A DNA stretch of 63,144 nucleotides, filler included, from Reticulomyxa filosa (taxonomy: Eukaryota; Protista; Foraminifera): NCBI GenBank assembly GCA_000512085.1. It is 16 parts of 16 records of this genome, joined end to end, with 100 filler letters (N's around TTAATTAATTAA, not from the genome) between each part and the next. Parts side by side here need not be neighbours in the genome. Positions count along the whole stretch, not along the records: positions 25,404 to 26,836 come from ASPP01044609.1; positions 26,937 to 28,787 come from ASPP01013195.1; positions 28,888 to 32,352 come from ASPP01015217.1; positions 32,453 to 34,880 come from ASPP01026797.1; positions 34,981 to 35,980 come from ASPP01040801.1; positions 36,081 to 37,626 come from ASPP01042330.1; positions 37,727 to 39,133 come from ASPP01000402.1; 9 more parts are not named here. The stretch is one strand, 5' to 3'. A program made the translations under genes and the position numbers. Positions 25,797 through 37,836 of the stretch are shown one piece after another. Numbering within the stretch: position 1 is the stretch's first letter; the number at the start of each line of letters is the position of its first letter. Below the pieces are notes generated by a model that worked only from the letters and a program-made list of their open reading frames with translations, was not told where the DNA came from and searched no databases.

Positions 25797-26997
25797 AAAT
25801 TTGTTTTTATGTGCGTTTTTCAGACAAACTTAAAAGAAACATGGATAGCTTTAATGTATTAATTGCTCATTTTAAGATGTACAAATATAACGTTACTAAA
25901 TGTGTTTGTACTTTGCAATGTAATTTCCCTCATTTTTAAAAGTAGAAAACGTGTATGTATTATTTTGTAATTTGATTTTCCATTATGTTAACTATACACG
26001 TGTTTGTACCAGACGTAAAAGGTAGTCAACATACCTGCTGATACGGACAAATTGCAAGCGTATTTCCATAAAAAAATTTTCAAAAGCATTAAAATGGTAA
26101 TACATTGTTTTGAATAATAAGCAACTTGTATGTAAGCAACAAGCGAACAACGTCAGCGAGAAGAATTTTGTTTGTCAGACGAAGCAAATTTCGACTTATA
26201 AGTTTATCAATTCATAGGAGGGAAAAAGATCTAATGAGTCCATTTGCAACAGTTTTAAAATATTCAGAAAAATTACAGCTGCTAGCCTTTTTTTCTCTTG
26301 TCCGCAAAGCAGACATATGGAATTTATTTGATGAAAACGCTGACGAGACAAATGCTATTCTATGTTGATTGCAGAAAACACATTGCCAAGAATTCTTTGC
26401 AAATATAAACGTAAATATTGTTGTAGCGTCTTTAATAAATAATTGAATAAGCGTATTTGAATCAAAAAAGGTTTGGAACAAAAAAAAGAAAGTTGAAAAA
26501 GCAGCAATATTACAGCTATGAATCAGTCAATTTTATCTTAAAATGCAGACGAAAGCACAGAAAGTTATTCAAATTACTACAACGAGCTAAATATCTATGG
26601 AACATATATTCATTACTGTTGAGGAAAGGACGAACTATAAACATTATCAAAATGAAATGTGATAGATTTAAATAAGACAAATAACTTCAAAATTTTAATG
26701 AAAATATTCTTGAATATATTATGAAACATTTTGAAATATCATAAACATATAAAATTAGAAATAAGAGTTTATACAATAATTTGCAATCCAAATGCAATCA
26801 CTTAAGTGGAAATGTGGATATAATATTTGAAGACACNNNNNNNNNNNNNNNNNNNNNNNNNNNNNNNNNNNNNNNNNNNNTTAATTAATTAANNNNNNNN
26901 NNNNNNNNNNNNNNNNNNNNNNNNNNNNNNNNNNNNAAAAGTATATATAAATATATATATATATATTTATATATACTTTTTTTGTTTTGAATGGGTC

Positions 26998-28747
26998 AGA
27001 GACAATCAATTAGCTGCAAACGCATGCCCGACGGGGTACAATTGTTGGATTGGCCTTGAAATGAGTCCGACAAGTGCAAAGTGGGATGAGACTCAGTTCG
27101 TGTGGTCAGATGGCTCCAAAGTGTCCTTTCTCAATTGGCAATCGGGAGAGCCGCAGCCAAATCACAACAAAGCCGTCATCTTCAAAACAACACAGCAGTG
27201 GACGTCTATCGCCGATGGCAACTCTACGCAGGGAATTACGTATGGAATTTGCAAATTTGACGGCAGATGTATAAACTAACCAAACATCCATATACATGTA
27301 TATGTATATGTGTGATCTTTTTATTTGCTTATATTATATATTGTGTGTATACGTGTCAAGACTCTCCAACGTTTACGTACCAGTCCGGACGTATTGACAG
27401 CGCTACGTTTATCACCAGTGCCGACGCTTTGAAAGAAGCCGTTTTGATGGTGCAAACGAGCGCAGATTACTGTGAAATTTTGAATCCAATTCTTTACAAT
27501 ATGTTAATGACGCATACTTCTTTTGTTTTTTTTTTTCAAAAAATAAATGACTTTTATTATTTTGAAAAAAAATAAAAAAAATAGACCTTGCAATACGCAA
27601 TTATGTCCGGAGTCGGGCTCAATGATAAATGTTGGCAAGTACTATATAATAAAATTCAGCGAACCAAATTGGAATGAAACTCAAGCAAAATGGGAGTTTA
27701 AATTCTATTTTTTGGGAGCCAACAAAGCAGCGGTCTACCTCGATCGAAAGCAAGCGTTTTATGCAAACTCGGCAAGTGAAATGCAATTTGCGATAAGCAT
27801 CACCACGGGTCTGTTGCAAAGTGGATGGCACATTATTGAAATCTACACTTTCTCCAGCACTGATATGTGTGACGAGGATATCAGTCAGGTGCGATGGGAA
27901 TTCCGACGGGGGAAAGAAGAATTGTACCAATTACTTACTATTGAAAATTTATTACTTTGTACGTATACGTCTTCTATTTCTTTAAAAAAAAAAAAAAAAA
28001 ACAAACAACAAAAAACCAGAGTGTATACGCATCCTTTTAATTTTGTGTATACGTCGAATTGTGTGTGTTTGTATCAGATCCTTTGCCGGATAGTTTGAGA
28101 TCCGCAACTCCCAGTCCAACGTATCCTCAACAAACTGATACTTGTTACTTTTTGTTTGTTTGTTTGTTTTGTGTCATGCAACTGTGCTTTGTTTTGATCG
28201 TCATGAATTGCAGATATTGCTGGACTGCCCTGCCACATGCAAAGAGAGTGTTTGGAGGAAATGTGTGGAGTTTATTTAAGCAATTGCACGTCAGACATTG
28301 AATGTGCTAATGCTTTAACTGAAATTTGGAGAACTGGCATTGCGTATATGAATGAATATGCTTACGCACAATGGCGACCTGTTGCAAATTGCTCAGCCAC
28401 TTGTTGTGCACTAGAAGATGCATTTGTCGTTGTTGATCAAGGTTTGTCACGAATTTATATATGTATATATATATATATATATACTTTTTTTATTTTACAT
28501 TTAATCAATATGCCGCGTACGTATACATATATTCATGGGAAAAAAATGATTTCAGATAGTACAAACAACGGAGGGCACACATTTGTGAGCAATTTGAAAG
28601 CTGATACACTTTGGTTCTCCGTAGTGAGCAACAACAATTCCATTGGAAAAGCGGCTTTGCAATTGTATCAATCGGACAATTCGGCTTCAAAAAACAAAAC
28701 ATTGGCAATACTCACGTTTACTTCCTCCCAAATTGTCATTGAGTTAC

Positions 28748-28750
<3 letters not shown>
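26998..28750 (+). CDS. C-type lectin domain-containing extracellular protein, multi-exon fragment
   Basis: CWIGL..FVWSDGS..FLNWQSGEP..W..ICK CTLD motif followed by Cys-rich exons. Confidence 0.75.
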
Positions 28751-28787
<37 letters not shown>

Positions 28788-28999
28788 NNNNNNNNNNNNN
28801 NNNNNNNNNNNNNNNNNNNNNNNNNNNNNNNTTAATTAATTAANNNNNNNNNNNNNNNNNNNNNNNNNNNNNNNNNNNNNNNNNNNNGTTTCTTCCCCCC
28901 CTTTTTTTCGTGGTTCAATATCGTTGAAATGATATTGATGAAATGTACGTGTCGCAAGGTTATACTTCCTCTCGTTTCTCTTCCGAAACGTGGTATTTA

Positions 29000-29909
29000 T
29001 TTGTAATAATAATAATATAAAAAAAAATTGCACACCTGGCAAAAGACTTTGTTGCGGAATATGCACTTGGAAGGGATTGATTTCCATAGCCAGCGAGACT
29101 GGCAATAACAGCGATATGACCTTTTCCTCGTGCTTGGAACCTCGGAATGATTGGAAGCAGTGTGTTGATGACACCCATTGTATTGACTTCGAACAATTCG
29201 CTCAGCTGTGAGGCAAAATCTCTCCCCCACTGTGATGCATTCGTTGCATCCACACCTTTAGCATGAAACGTATACACACACAAAAAGAAGGGGAGAGATA
29301 ATATTACAAAATATGATTATAACTAATCCCTTTTTATTTTGTTTTCTATTTTTTATTTGACGAAATAAGGTTGAAAAGGGGCTTAAAAAAATGTGTCACT
29401 ATTTATAGTTTGTTTTTTTTTGTAATGTGCTCCTTTTTCCACTCCTCTTGGCTGTATCATTTGCAAAAAAAAACTTGTGGTATATGTGTACCGGCGTTGG
29501 CGATAATTAAATCTAACGGTTCTCTATCGTCGGCCTCTTGTATCGCATGGATGATGGCCTCTCTTACACGAATGTCACAACGGTATGTCACCACACGCCC
29601 CATTCCGGAAGTCTTCTTTCGACATTTGTCCGCTACTTTATCTAGCCGTTCTTTGTTTCGGCCGTGTAAAAATAAAGTTATGTCTTCACCTGCAAATTCC
29701 ATTGCCAAAGCCGAACCAATTCCACTGCTCGCGCCGGTGATGAAAATAGATTTAAACGATTTTCGTTTACATAACCAGCCTCGACTTATTACGTAGTAGG
29801 TCCACCATATTGGCGACGTTATCAACACCACCAAGTCACACACCAGCCGCAAAAACAGCAACAAATAAAACACTCCACAATCACGGAACATATAGCAAGA
29901 GCAATGCAT
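29000..29909 (-). CDS. Short-chain dehydrogenase/reductase, multi-exon, 3' incomplete
   Basis: ITGASSGIG, IIANAG, VN..G, IAS and YSATK (YxxxK) motifs with an N-terminal TM segment. Confidence 0.9.
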
Positions 29910-30462
29910 GGTTAGGATTCAATATATTTCTTTGTAAATGACGACTTTTAACTTTAAAAAAGTAAATCACTTTCAACAGCCGCTGCTTAAAAAACTCTTG
30001 TACTAACGAGCCTTAACAGGTAAAAAAAAATTAAATTGTAAATTTTTCCATCAGCTTTGCCTCGATTTTAGTTTCCTGAAACTCAAAACAAATTAAACTG
30101 AAAATAGAAGAAAAACTTGAAAGATAAAGCAAACATTTTGCATTGTCATCAAAAAACTCCATCATACACCTCAATATCAAATGAGTAATCACCGAATGAA
30201 GATGCAAGATTGAAAAAGACATTTTTCAAATTGTGCAAAATCATCCGTCAAACAACGTGTACAAATAATCCTTAGACGCTCTCTTGTATGTGTACATTTA
30301 TGTAATAAAAAAAACTTTTTTTTGCGTAAACTGAAAAAACGAGTTCTTCAAACAATAATGGAAAACTTGGAAAAGAGAACCGGTCCAAACACAAAAAACC
30401 TGAGGCATAACAAAACGACACAAGACAATACAACTGACAACGTGATCACCATAAGTTTTGCT

Positions 30463-32177
30463 TTAAGGCAAATACTCATTTTGTTCACCGAATCGCTGTA
30501 AGTTTTGATCGATAATGTTCTGACACTCGGCTTGAACACGGTCGGGCAATTCCAAATCCAAGCAATAAAAATCAATCCAATACAAATCACAAATCCACAA
30601 AATCATTTCGTCAGATAATTGCTCGACGGTGACAGTATTGTCTTTTTGCAAAGAAGGTTTCGCCATGATTTCCGATATATAACTATCGTCTTTGGTTCGA
30701 CTGCGAAACTGATTTTCCGTCAAATATTGGATGAGTTCAGTGGCATTATTATCAGCAGTAAAATGTTCCATTAGATAAGGCAGGGTAATTTCCATTGATT
30801 CCATACGGCCAATGTAATCCATGGGCAAAGGATTGCCAATTTTATCCACTAAAAACAGCATTTGTGGCCACACATGATGATTAATTCGCCAAGGGAATCC
30901 ATTCTTTTTGTACTTACGAGAGCGCATGTCCAACAGCAAGCGTCGCAGTCCCGCAATGCCATATCCAAAGTGTAGACCAATGCCACGGCGATGAATTTCA
31001 AAATAGCTGCTGATCATGCGAGCCACTGGATCTCGGACATACGTGTAATACAAATACCTTTGTTTACTGGCGGTTATTGTATAAAACTCTTCCACGACAT
31101 CATGGGGGGCATACAGATAAGGAATTTTTCCGTTCTCGTACAAGTATTCGTACAATTCGATTATTGACGTTCCACCGCATTTGTGCACGTGAATATACGT
31201 CAAATTACTAGTTTCCGTGGGTTCGCGGAACGATGGTTTCAACACGTCCAAATATCGCTTCAATTTACAACTTTTTTTTTTGTTTGTTGGTATGTAAAAC
31301 AATTTAAGTAACCACTTTTTTCTATTCCTCCCTTTTTTATTTTATTTATCATATGCACAGCTTTTTTTTCTTTTAGTTTCCCCCCCCTTTTTTTTTTTAT
31401 CTCTCACTACTCCCCTTTTTTTTTTTTTTCTTTTTGGATCAGTTTTCTCTTATTACACTTATGACCTCTCTTCGTCGCCCAATCAAAAATTAGAAAAACT
31501 GAAATTCTATTTTTTTCCCCCCCCCTCCCCCCTTCCCCTTTTTTTAATCTACACTACCGTCGAAAGGCTTGTGCCTTGTTATCTATCGGCAGTAAGAAAT
31601 TTCCGTGGGGCATGTTTTGGAAACAATACAATAGCTCCCCAGCATTCGACTCCTTCGACGTACAGTTTGCCACTTTGTCACGGTTCGCAAAGTTTTCCTG
31701 ATAGACTGAAACTAAGTTGGACACGTATTCTTTGTCATCTTTTGCTTCTTGACCTTGTATCTGCAGCTCTTGGATCAAATGACCTGTTCTTCGCAAATGT
31801 GTATAATATTGCTGGGGGACATTATCGTGAAAAATCAGTATTGGATGAATATTCGCTGGACCGGTTATTAAAAGGATCAAAATATAAAGCATTACTCCCA
31901 GCACCACGCTTGGGAACCAATACCGTTTCAATGTACATACTTTTTGTTTTTGAAGTTGCTTTGATTCCTTCGAGTCATCGGGCATTGCCAACACATACCC
32001 GCCTGTTGCTTTCGTCGGAAAATTGTTGTGTGCGCCTAAATTTTGACCTGGGCGGCGTGAAAACATATTTGATAGTTTAAGGGATAGATTGTGCAAAATT
32101 GTTGCCAATCTTGAATTTCGACCATTACAACGATAAGATTCGCGAATCATGCAGACGCTCCGGCCCGATGGGGACAC
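30463..32177 (-). CDS. Golgi-type sulfotransferase (Sulfotransfer_2 family), 2 exons
   Basis: YIHVHKCGGTSI (5'PSB), YVRDPVARMISSY (3'PB), HVWPQ and DYIGRME motifs with a type II TM anchor in exon 1. Confidence 0.85.
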
Positions 32178-32462
32178 CGTAAAGGTTCGTAAAAAAAAAT
32201 AAATTATTTTCAGACTAAAAAAAAAAAAAATTACTACTTAAGGACCAATTTTAACCAATTCGCTGTGTTTTTATTAAGAAGAAGGATATAACTATTGTCA
32301 CAAAAATTTGGGCTCACTGTTTAGTGAACCACTTTACCTTTTTTTTTTTCCCNNNNNNNNNNNNNNNNNNNNNNNNNNNNNNNNNNNNNNNNNNNNTTAA
32401 TTAATTAANNNNNNNNNNNNNNNNNNNNNNNNNNNNNNNNNNNNNNNNNNNNCCCCCCCTTT

Positions 32463-32493
<31 letters not shown>

Positions 32494-32539
32494 TTAATTG
32501 GAAACACGTATACTTCAAAAGTTTTTTTTTTTCCTCCCT

Positions 32540-33628
32540 TCTTTCTCCTCTGAAATGAAGCATGTGTGGAGAATGAACAATCCATATCAACGACGAATAG
32601 TGCCGACATTATTGGAAAGCTACCCAAAAGAAGTGTACTATCAGATGTCATTTACGGACAATGACAACGAAGAGCACAAAGCAACGGAAGCAAGTAGCGC
32701 AAGCGAGAGCAAATGGCAACGCAAGCGAAATCCGAAGCGAATAACACCGACATGGATTGGTGAGGTGAGTGCATCGTCGATCGAAGCATTGCAGCAATTG
32801 AATTGGTATGTTACCAAACAAGACCAGCATTCCCAGCGAGCATATGTAACGCCTTCCTCAGCGCGCCCATTGCCATTGCCATTGCCATTGCCATTACAAA
32901 GTCCCATCGCCGAGGATAATGTCACCACGCCACCGAGTCATCCCACTTGTAAACAAGCGTCGGATTTGAAAGCCATAAGCGCACATGAACATGGTCATGA
33001 CCACGCATATGAACAGTCCAGCCCTATGGATAGTGCGATGCCATCGGAACAAAAAGAGGACAGCAACAGCAACAGCAACAGCAATAGCAATAGCAATAGC
33101 AACAGCAAAGCCGAGTGGAAAAAGCCAAGGCTGTCGCGATCCTTACCTCCATTGCCATGGGACATACATGACTGCACTGAAGATCACAGCAGAAATTCGG
33201 TTCCAGATGAGCTTTTGTCCTCTTCTTCCACCTCCTTCAAAATCTCCAAAACGTCACATTTCCAATCGAATCACAAATACTTGAATCGCCATGACAATGG
33301 AAAACAAACACTGATACGTATGTCTCGAGATGTCGCTATGGGTGCCAACTCCAGAGATCGTGCCGATAGTTGTGATACTGGACATCAATACTCTTCTTCT
33401 TCTTCTTCTTCTTCTTCTGACGGCGATGCATCGACGCCACTCAAAGCGAATCTTTTCTACACAAAGTTGGTCACTAATGAAAATAAAAATAACAACAACG
33501 AACCAGTAAATCACAACGAATGTACCCCTCGTGCTACAAATGACCACAATCCCAACGGCAAAACCACATCACATAAGAAAATTACTGATTATTTCAAGCC
33601 CTTGGCTAGATCTGTTGTTTTGGGATAG
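32540..33628 (+). CDS. Ser/Asn-rich low-complexity protein, terminal exon
   Basis: 376-aa ORF. The C-terminal KKITDYF resembles a PIP-box-like motif (weak). Confidence 0.5.
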   Translation, partial: SFSSEMKHVWRMNNPYQRRIVPTLLESYPKEVYYQMSFTDNDNEEHKATEASSASESKWQRKRNPKRITPTWIGEVSASSIEALQQLNWYVTKQDQHSQRAYVTPSSARPLPLPLPLPLQSPIAEDNVTTPPSHPTCKQASDLKAISAHEHGHDHAYEQSSPMDSAMPSEQKEDSNSNSNSNSNSNSNSKAEWKKPRLSRSLPPLPWDIHDCTEDHSRNSVPDELLSSSSTSFKISKTSHFQSNHKYLNRHDNGKQTLIRMSRDVAMGANSRDRADSCDTGHQYSSSSSSSSSDGDASTPLKANLFYTKLVTNENKNNNNEPVNHNECTPRATNDHNPNGKTTSHKKITDYFKPLARSVVLG

Positions 33629-34253
33629 ACGCCTTTTTTTTTTTTTTTTTTTGGAACATTTATTTCAAAAAAAAAAAAGAAGTCTCACACCCCCTTTTTC
33701 TTTTTTCCCTCAGTGCTTATTTAATTTTTTTTTTTTTTTTGCAACAAAACAGTTAAAAACAAAACCACATAAGAACTTTTTTGTTGAGTATTGTGCTTGT
33801 GAGCTGAATGGAACCTCTTTTTTGCAGCTTCTTGGAAACGTCATTATTGCATTTTTTGTTTCGAAATAAGTGTAAACAATGACGATAAAAAAAACTAGAA
33901 CTTGACAAAATCTTTACCAATAACGGACTTTTTCTTATTTCCCTCCATCTAAAAAAACGTATAACATACTGTCTTTACTTCTTGTATGTTTTCCAAATGA
34001 TGACAGAACACCAAAAAAAAAAGGCATATATGCATATACATCTATTACAATACAAAGCACAAAAGGGGAAGAAACTGCACGTTTTTGGTTGTAAATTTTG
34101 ATATCCAAAACATTAAAAATCTTTCTTCCAAGTGACTTGATTCTTCAAAGCTTGGCAGCAAGCAACATTTGTAGTATGTGTTTTGCATATCCTCAGCAGT
34201 TTGCTTGCTGACATCTCCAAACGCGTGCATATAAAACAAATAGAGCCAGAAAA

Positions 34254-34850
34254 ATGAGTACAAGCCAAGCGATGTCTTGTTCGTTTCGATCGCTTCCTGG
34301 CTTACGCTACACCGACATAAAGACAAATGAGTTGCAGATATATCATCCATGGTGGATAAAAGAGCGCATACGAAAGCGCCTGACGGACTTGACATCGCAC
34401 ATTCACGAGGTGATGGCACAGTCACAGCCTTTGCACAACGACGACAAAAATGGGAACAATGAAAAATTAGCGAAAGCAAAGATGAAAGAGATTGACATCC
34501 CCGAAACGTCAATGTTTGTGAAAGTGAAAGAAGTGCAAATGAAACTGTACTTACGAATGAATGAAACAGAGCAAAAAAATGACATGGATATCAACATTCT
34601 CCGAGGGTCGTGTGTGTTTCCAATCCCATGTATTTTGTGCGGAGTGTATGATAGCTATTTCCAGAACATGCTGTTGTCATTGCACTGCAGAGCAGATATT
34701 CAAGCACTCGAAAGACGCGTGAACACATTTTGTCAAAAGTCTTTGCAATACTCTTATTCTCCTGACATTGCGAATGGCGACCGTCGCACAATTTCAATGA
34801 ATCAATGTCTTAACTTGATTCATTATTCGGGTGTTTTATCTAAAAACTAA
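34254..34850 (+). CDS. Hypothetical protein, 5' exons
   Basis: 198-aa ORF with coding-like composition and no recognisable domain. Confidence 0.4.
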   Translation: MSTSQAMSCSFRSLPGLRYTDIKTNELQIYHPWWIKERIRKRLTDLTSHIHEVMAQSQPLHNDDKNGNNEKLAKAKMKEIDIPETSMFVKVKEVQMKLYLRMNETEQKNDMDINILRGSCVFPIPCILCGVYDSYFQNMLLSLHCRADIQALERRVNTFCQKSLQYSYSPDIANGDRRTISMNQCLNLIHYSGVLSKN

Positions 34851-34980
34851 CCATTCCTTGCACCTAAAAAAAAAAAAAAANNNNNNNNNNNNNNNNNNNN
34901 NNNNNNNNNNNNNNNNNNNNNNNNTTAATTAATTAANNNNNNNNNNNNNNNNNNNNNNNNNNNNNNNNNNNNNNNNNNNN

Positions 34981-35017
<37 letters not shown>

Positions 35018-35054
35018 AACAACCAAAAAAAAAAAAAAAATGTATAAAAGAAAA

Positions 35055-35980
35055 AATTCACCACGCTGCGAGATAAGTACTTGTCGTTGAAATCGCAAGC
35101 TCGGCAGTTGGGATTGGAAAATATGATTAGCAACGATAGCGCCGGACGTCGTCCGCGACAATCGCCCTCAAAACTGGGCTTTGTCAACGGCAATGGTAAT
35201 GGTAATGGCAATGGTGGTAGTAGCAGTGGCGTTGCCAATGGCAGTCATGAGCCAAGCACGTTACCAGTAATGCGCAGTCAGGACGAGGACGACTTTTGCA
35301 ACGCAAAAGGCGTGCCCTCAAACCGCGCGTCTGTCGAGCCGTCTGAGCCAGAGCCAGAGGCCGAGGAAGAGGAAGCAGAAGCTGTGATCACCGACATCGA
35401 GAGTGATATCGGCGAAAAAGATAGAGATAATTCTGACATAAGCAGGAACTCTCCTCACGATTCTGTTTTGTTGTTGTTGTTTTTATGGTTATTAATTTGT
35501 GTCGTATATTCTCATAAATATGGTTCAAAAAAAAAAGAATTTTTTTTTTTTAAAACCCCCTTTTTTTTTTTTTTTTCCAAAAAAAAAGAATCGGTTGAAA
35601 GAAACACTTCTTCGCACACAACACACGTCACTACGACTGTTATCGTTTGTGGAGAGTCTACCGCCGATCCCGGACGACAAAGACGACGACATTGACAGTG
35701 TCACAAAAGCGAGAAAAGTAGACATGGACATGGACATGGATATGGATATAGATGTAGATGTGGACAAGAGTGAAAGGGATGACAACAACAACAACGACAA
35801 CAACAATGTGACGAAGATAATAGATATTGGCATGGGCAAACTCGGGAAGCAACGATCGCGTTCGCTGTCGCCATCGAAAGAGAAAGCTATTGGTAAGCGC
35901 GGCACTGCATCTGCAGTGGCAACGACGATGATGACGCTTGTCCCTTGTCGTTGCGACCATGCGCAAGAGAAGAAGAAGAA
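35055..35980 (+). CDS. Acidic low-complexity protein fragment (2 exons)
   Basis: ORFs 35081 and 35499 are linked by a gtt...aaaag intron (~35465-35588). Confidence 0.5.
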
Positions 35981-36080
35981 NNNNNNNNNNNNNNNNNNNN
36001 NNNNNNNNNNNNNNNNNNNNNNNNTTAATTAATTAANNNNNNNNNNNNNNNNNNNNNNNNNNNNNNNNNNNNNNNNNNNN

Positions 36081-37626
36081 GGATCAAATTTCATTATGTG
36101 ATTGTGGATGCTGGGATGGTTTAGTTTCCAAATATATTTTGCCTTATTTTCAAAGACTAGATCATAGTTTACAGAATGTATCCAAAATTGTTGATGAATG
36201 GAAAACACTATTGAAAAAAAAAGAAGAACCATTACAATCATTGGGTCAACTCTCTTCGAAAATTTTGATCAATTCAAAAAACAATGAAACTGCACCTTAT
36301 TGTCTTACAAACGTAAGTCCATTGTGTCGAGGCGAACCAAATTTGATAATTCAATCTAAGAAAGGATTTGCCAAAGTCTCAAATTTGTATAAATGCCTTA
36401 AAATGATCCCACGATCAGAACATGTGTTAATATGCAAAGAAACAACAACTGAAGAAGAAGTTGAATGTTTGCTATTACGAACATTATTGTGCACCAAAAA
36501 AGACAACAAACAAAATTCACAAATACCATTGTATTGTTTGGTTGGGCCTGAAAAATTGGCAATGAGAACTTCGACCAAAGTGATCAAACTTTTGCAACAC
36601 ATGTTATTAAGTCAATCTGAATTGCGACAAATGCATTCATATTTATTTGTGATGTTCTCTTCCAATGGAGAAAATGAGATAGCAGTCACTTTACAACACT
36701 TTGAACGCAAATCGAAGGAAGTCATAGCTTTATTACATATGGAGGATTCTTTGTATATGAAAGAGTGGAGGTCGTTTTTAACAGAAAGAAGCAATCGAAA
36801 GCCGTTTGTTCAATTGTACAAGTCAGAGGATGTTGGAATGGGGAAAACATGGAAAATTAAACATGATATTGAAAAAGAAGAAAAATTAGAAAGGATTTAT
36901 GTGAGATTTAACAGTAGTACAATTGATTGGGATTCTACTATTAATAAATTTTGGCAACATCATCCATGTCAATTCAATAATGATTCGAAAATGGATAATC
37001 AAGAAATAGTAACAAAGAAAAAGAGAAGCAAAGATGATTTGGTGGTGTATCATTTGGATATATCATCTTGTGTGAACAAAGAGATGAACGACTTCTTATT
37101 CCAATTATTGTATTTGCAACACATTGATACCGATGGTCGCAGTTTCCATGTGAATCCAAATATGGCATTCTTCATTGAAATTCCATCCAAATTTGATTCA
37201 TTTTCAGAAACCGCAGCAGATGTTTTGTATACTTTATTTCCTAGCTCAAACTTTCCAACAGTTGATGTAAACAAGGATAATAACCCATTCCAATTTGGAA
37301 AAGAGGAACAATATTGCATTAAATGGATCAAAGAATTTCAGACAGGCAAACTAAGGTGTGGAGAATTTGTTGATATCTTTGTTGTACTGAATATTTGTTG
37401 CATTTTTTTTCTTTGCCTTCAACAGGCTTATAAAGTCGAGTTTGTTAAGGTGGACTAATTCCTCGTCTGAGACGCCCAACACTAACCCAGATACAATAAA
37501 TGACTTATCTGCTACAAATTGTAATAATTTTATGAAACCCTTTTTCAATCGATTGGCACCATCGATAGGGCAAAATCCTTTGCAATATACCATATTCTTC
37601 AAGTTCTTATTCACACAATTTAAAAT
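36081..37626 (+). CDS. RNF213/mysterin-like giant AAA+ protein, internal fragment
   Basis: EHVLICKETTTEEEVECLLLR, a Walker-A-like SEDVGMGKT and YHLDISS..FLFQLLYLQ..FFIEIP parallel the RNF213 region at the start of its AAA core. Confidence 0.75.
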
Positions 37627-37726
37627 NNNNNNNNNNNNNNNNNNNNNNNNNNNNNNNNNNNNNNNNNNNNTTAATTAATTAANNNNNNNNNNNNNNNNNN
37701 NNNNNNNNNNNNNNNNNNNNNNNNNN

Positions 37727-37836
37727 TGATAGGCTTATTGCTTCAATGCCTAAGCGCATTCATGCTGTGATAAAAGCCAAGGGCGACGCCACCAAGTAGT
37801 AAATTACACATAAAGCTTCTTTTAAGCACAAGTGTA
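37727..37836 (+). mobile_element. Tc1/mariner transposon 3' end: transposase C-terminus, right TIR and TA target
   Basis: DRLIASMPKRIHAVIKAKGDATK** matches the Tc1 C-terminal SMPxRxxAVIxAKGxxTKY motif. It is followed by ..cacaagtg|TA. Confidence 0.8.
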
